Assembly (NCBI RefSeq): GCF_037042905.1
Contig: NC_087245.1
Coordinates: 22,818,001-22,882,000, forward strand
Direction: 5' to 3'
Length of the DNA stretch: 64,000 nucleotides
Source: Lytechinus pictus
Taxonomy: Eukaryota
The notes beneath the pieces were generated by a model that made no database searches, was not told the origin of the DNA, and saw only the letters and a program-made list of their open reading frames with translations. The translations under genes and the position numbers were made by a program. Positions within the stretch are counted from its first letter, which is position 1, and every line of letters starts with the position of its first letter. Positions 63,355 through 64,000 of this stretch are shown piece by piece.

Positions 63355-63810
63355 TTTGGGGGGGGGGGGGGGATTTTGAAATGTTTAATTTTCAAAGGAA
63401 AATAGGGTACATCCTGTGGGTGAAATTGAACCCCTGAAATGGAAGGACCCCAAAAAATATTTGAAAGGATTTTTTTCCCAGCTCGAACATAAAAAAAATT
63501 GGCGAGGGGGGTGGACTTTGAAATATTTAGTTTTCAAAGGAAATGGGGTACGTCCTGTGAGGAAATTGAACCCCCTGAATTTTGCGGAAGGACCCAACAA
63601 AATATTACAAAGAAGGATTTTTTCCCAGCTCGAGTATAAAAAAAAATTGCGAGGGGGGGTGGTCTTTGGGGGATTTTGAAATGTTTAATTTTCAAAGGAA
63701 AATGGGGTATGTCCTGTGGGTGAAATTGAACCCCCTGAAATTTTGCGGAAGGACCCCAAAAATATTACAAAGAAGGATTTTGTCCCAGCTCGAAAATAAA
63801 AAAAAAATTG
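63355..63810 (+). repeat. Three ~150-bp tandem units
   Basis: tttgaaat.ttta.ttttcaaaggaaa...gaaattgaacccc..gaa...cccagctcga..ataaaaaaaa repeated three times. Confidence 0.85.
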
Positions 63811-64000
63811 CATAGGGCTACAGGCCTGGATGTATTTAATTAATATTTTAGATATATATAAATATTGATACAATTTTGAAATGTGTAGGTGTTCCATTGG
63901 TTAATTGCATTCAATGCGATCACAAATATACGCAGAAATTAATCCCGGTGACAAGACACTGTTACATACAATTTTTCGTAAAAAACTACTTGTATGCAAG

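Larger units (their letters stand above)
61492..64000 (+). mobile_element. Left part of a PIF/Harbinger transposon; right TIR not found in the window
   Basis: Starts ggcccgtattc after ttt; subterminal palindromic aaaccatggttt / ggtttaaacc array (61512-61720); Myb/SANT ORF follows. Confidence 0.75.

Noticed and set aside
63385..63897. Overlapping short ORFs
   Set aside because: Products of the ~150-bp tandem repeat.

Overview
AT-rich eukaryotic (deuterostome invertebrate) DNA, most likely a sea urchin; the organism is inferred from the repeat families and was not looked up. Most of the window is nested transposable elements. It holds an intact single-ORF L2-clade LINE (ORF 3110-6550) whose N-terminus reads as signal peptide, then a 2A-like StopGo motif, then a 4E-BP-like YxxxxLL motif, ahead of the APE endonuclease and RT. 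There is also a tRNA-derived SINE split by a Tc1-like element and a decayed Gmr1-type (IN before RT) Gypsy. An LTR element with non-canonical CG...CG termini and a 3-bp TSD (21375-36283) is interrupted in its protease by an 11.3-kb transposase-less element with an 8-bp TSD, itself packed with foldback, Sola-like, LINE and satellite sequence. Many MITEs are scattered throughout. Host genes: a degraded TPR (SPAG1/TOMM34/RPAP3-like) pseudogene; the 3' exons of a minus-strand single-pass receptor with a ~410-aa disordered tail ending in a RHIM-like motif (40342-42633); and a plus-strand 8-exon TMEM145/GPR180-family gene (56011-61491) whose 8th exon is interrupted by a Harbinger transposon with a Myb/SANT ORF. 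All family calls come from motif recognition by eye; no database searches were run.
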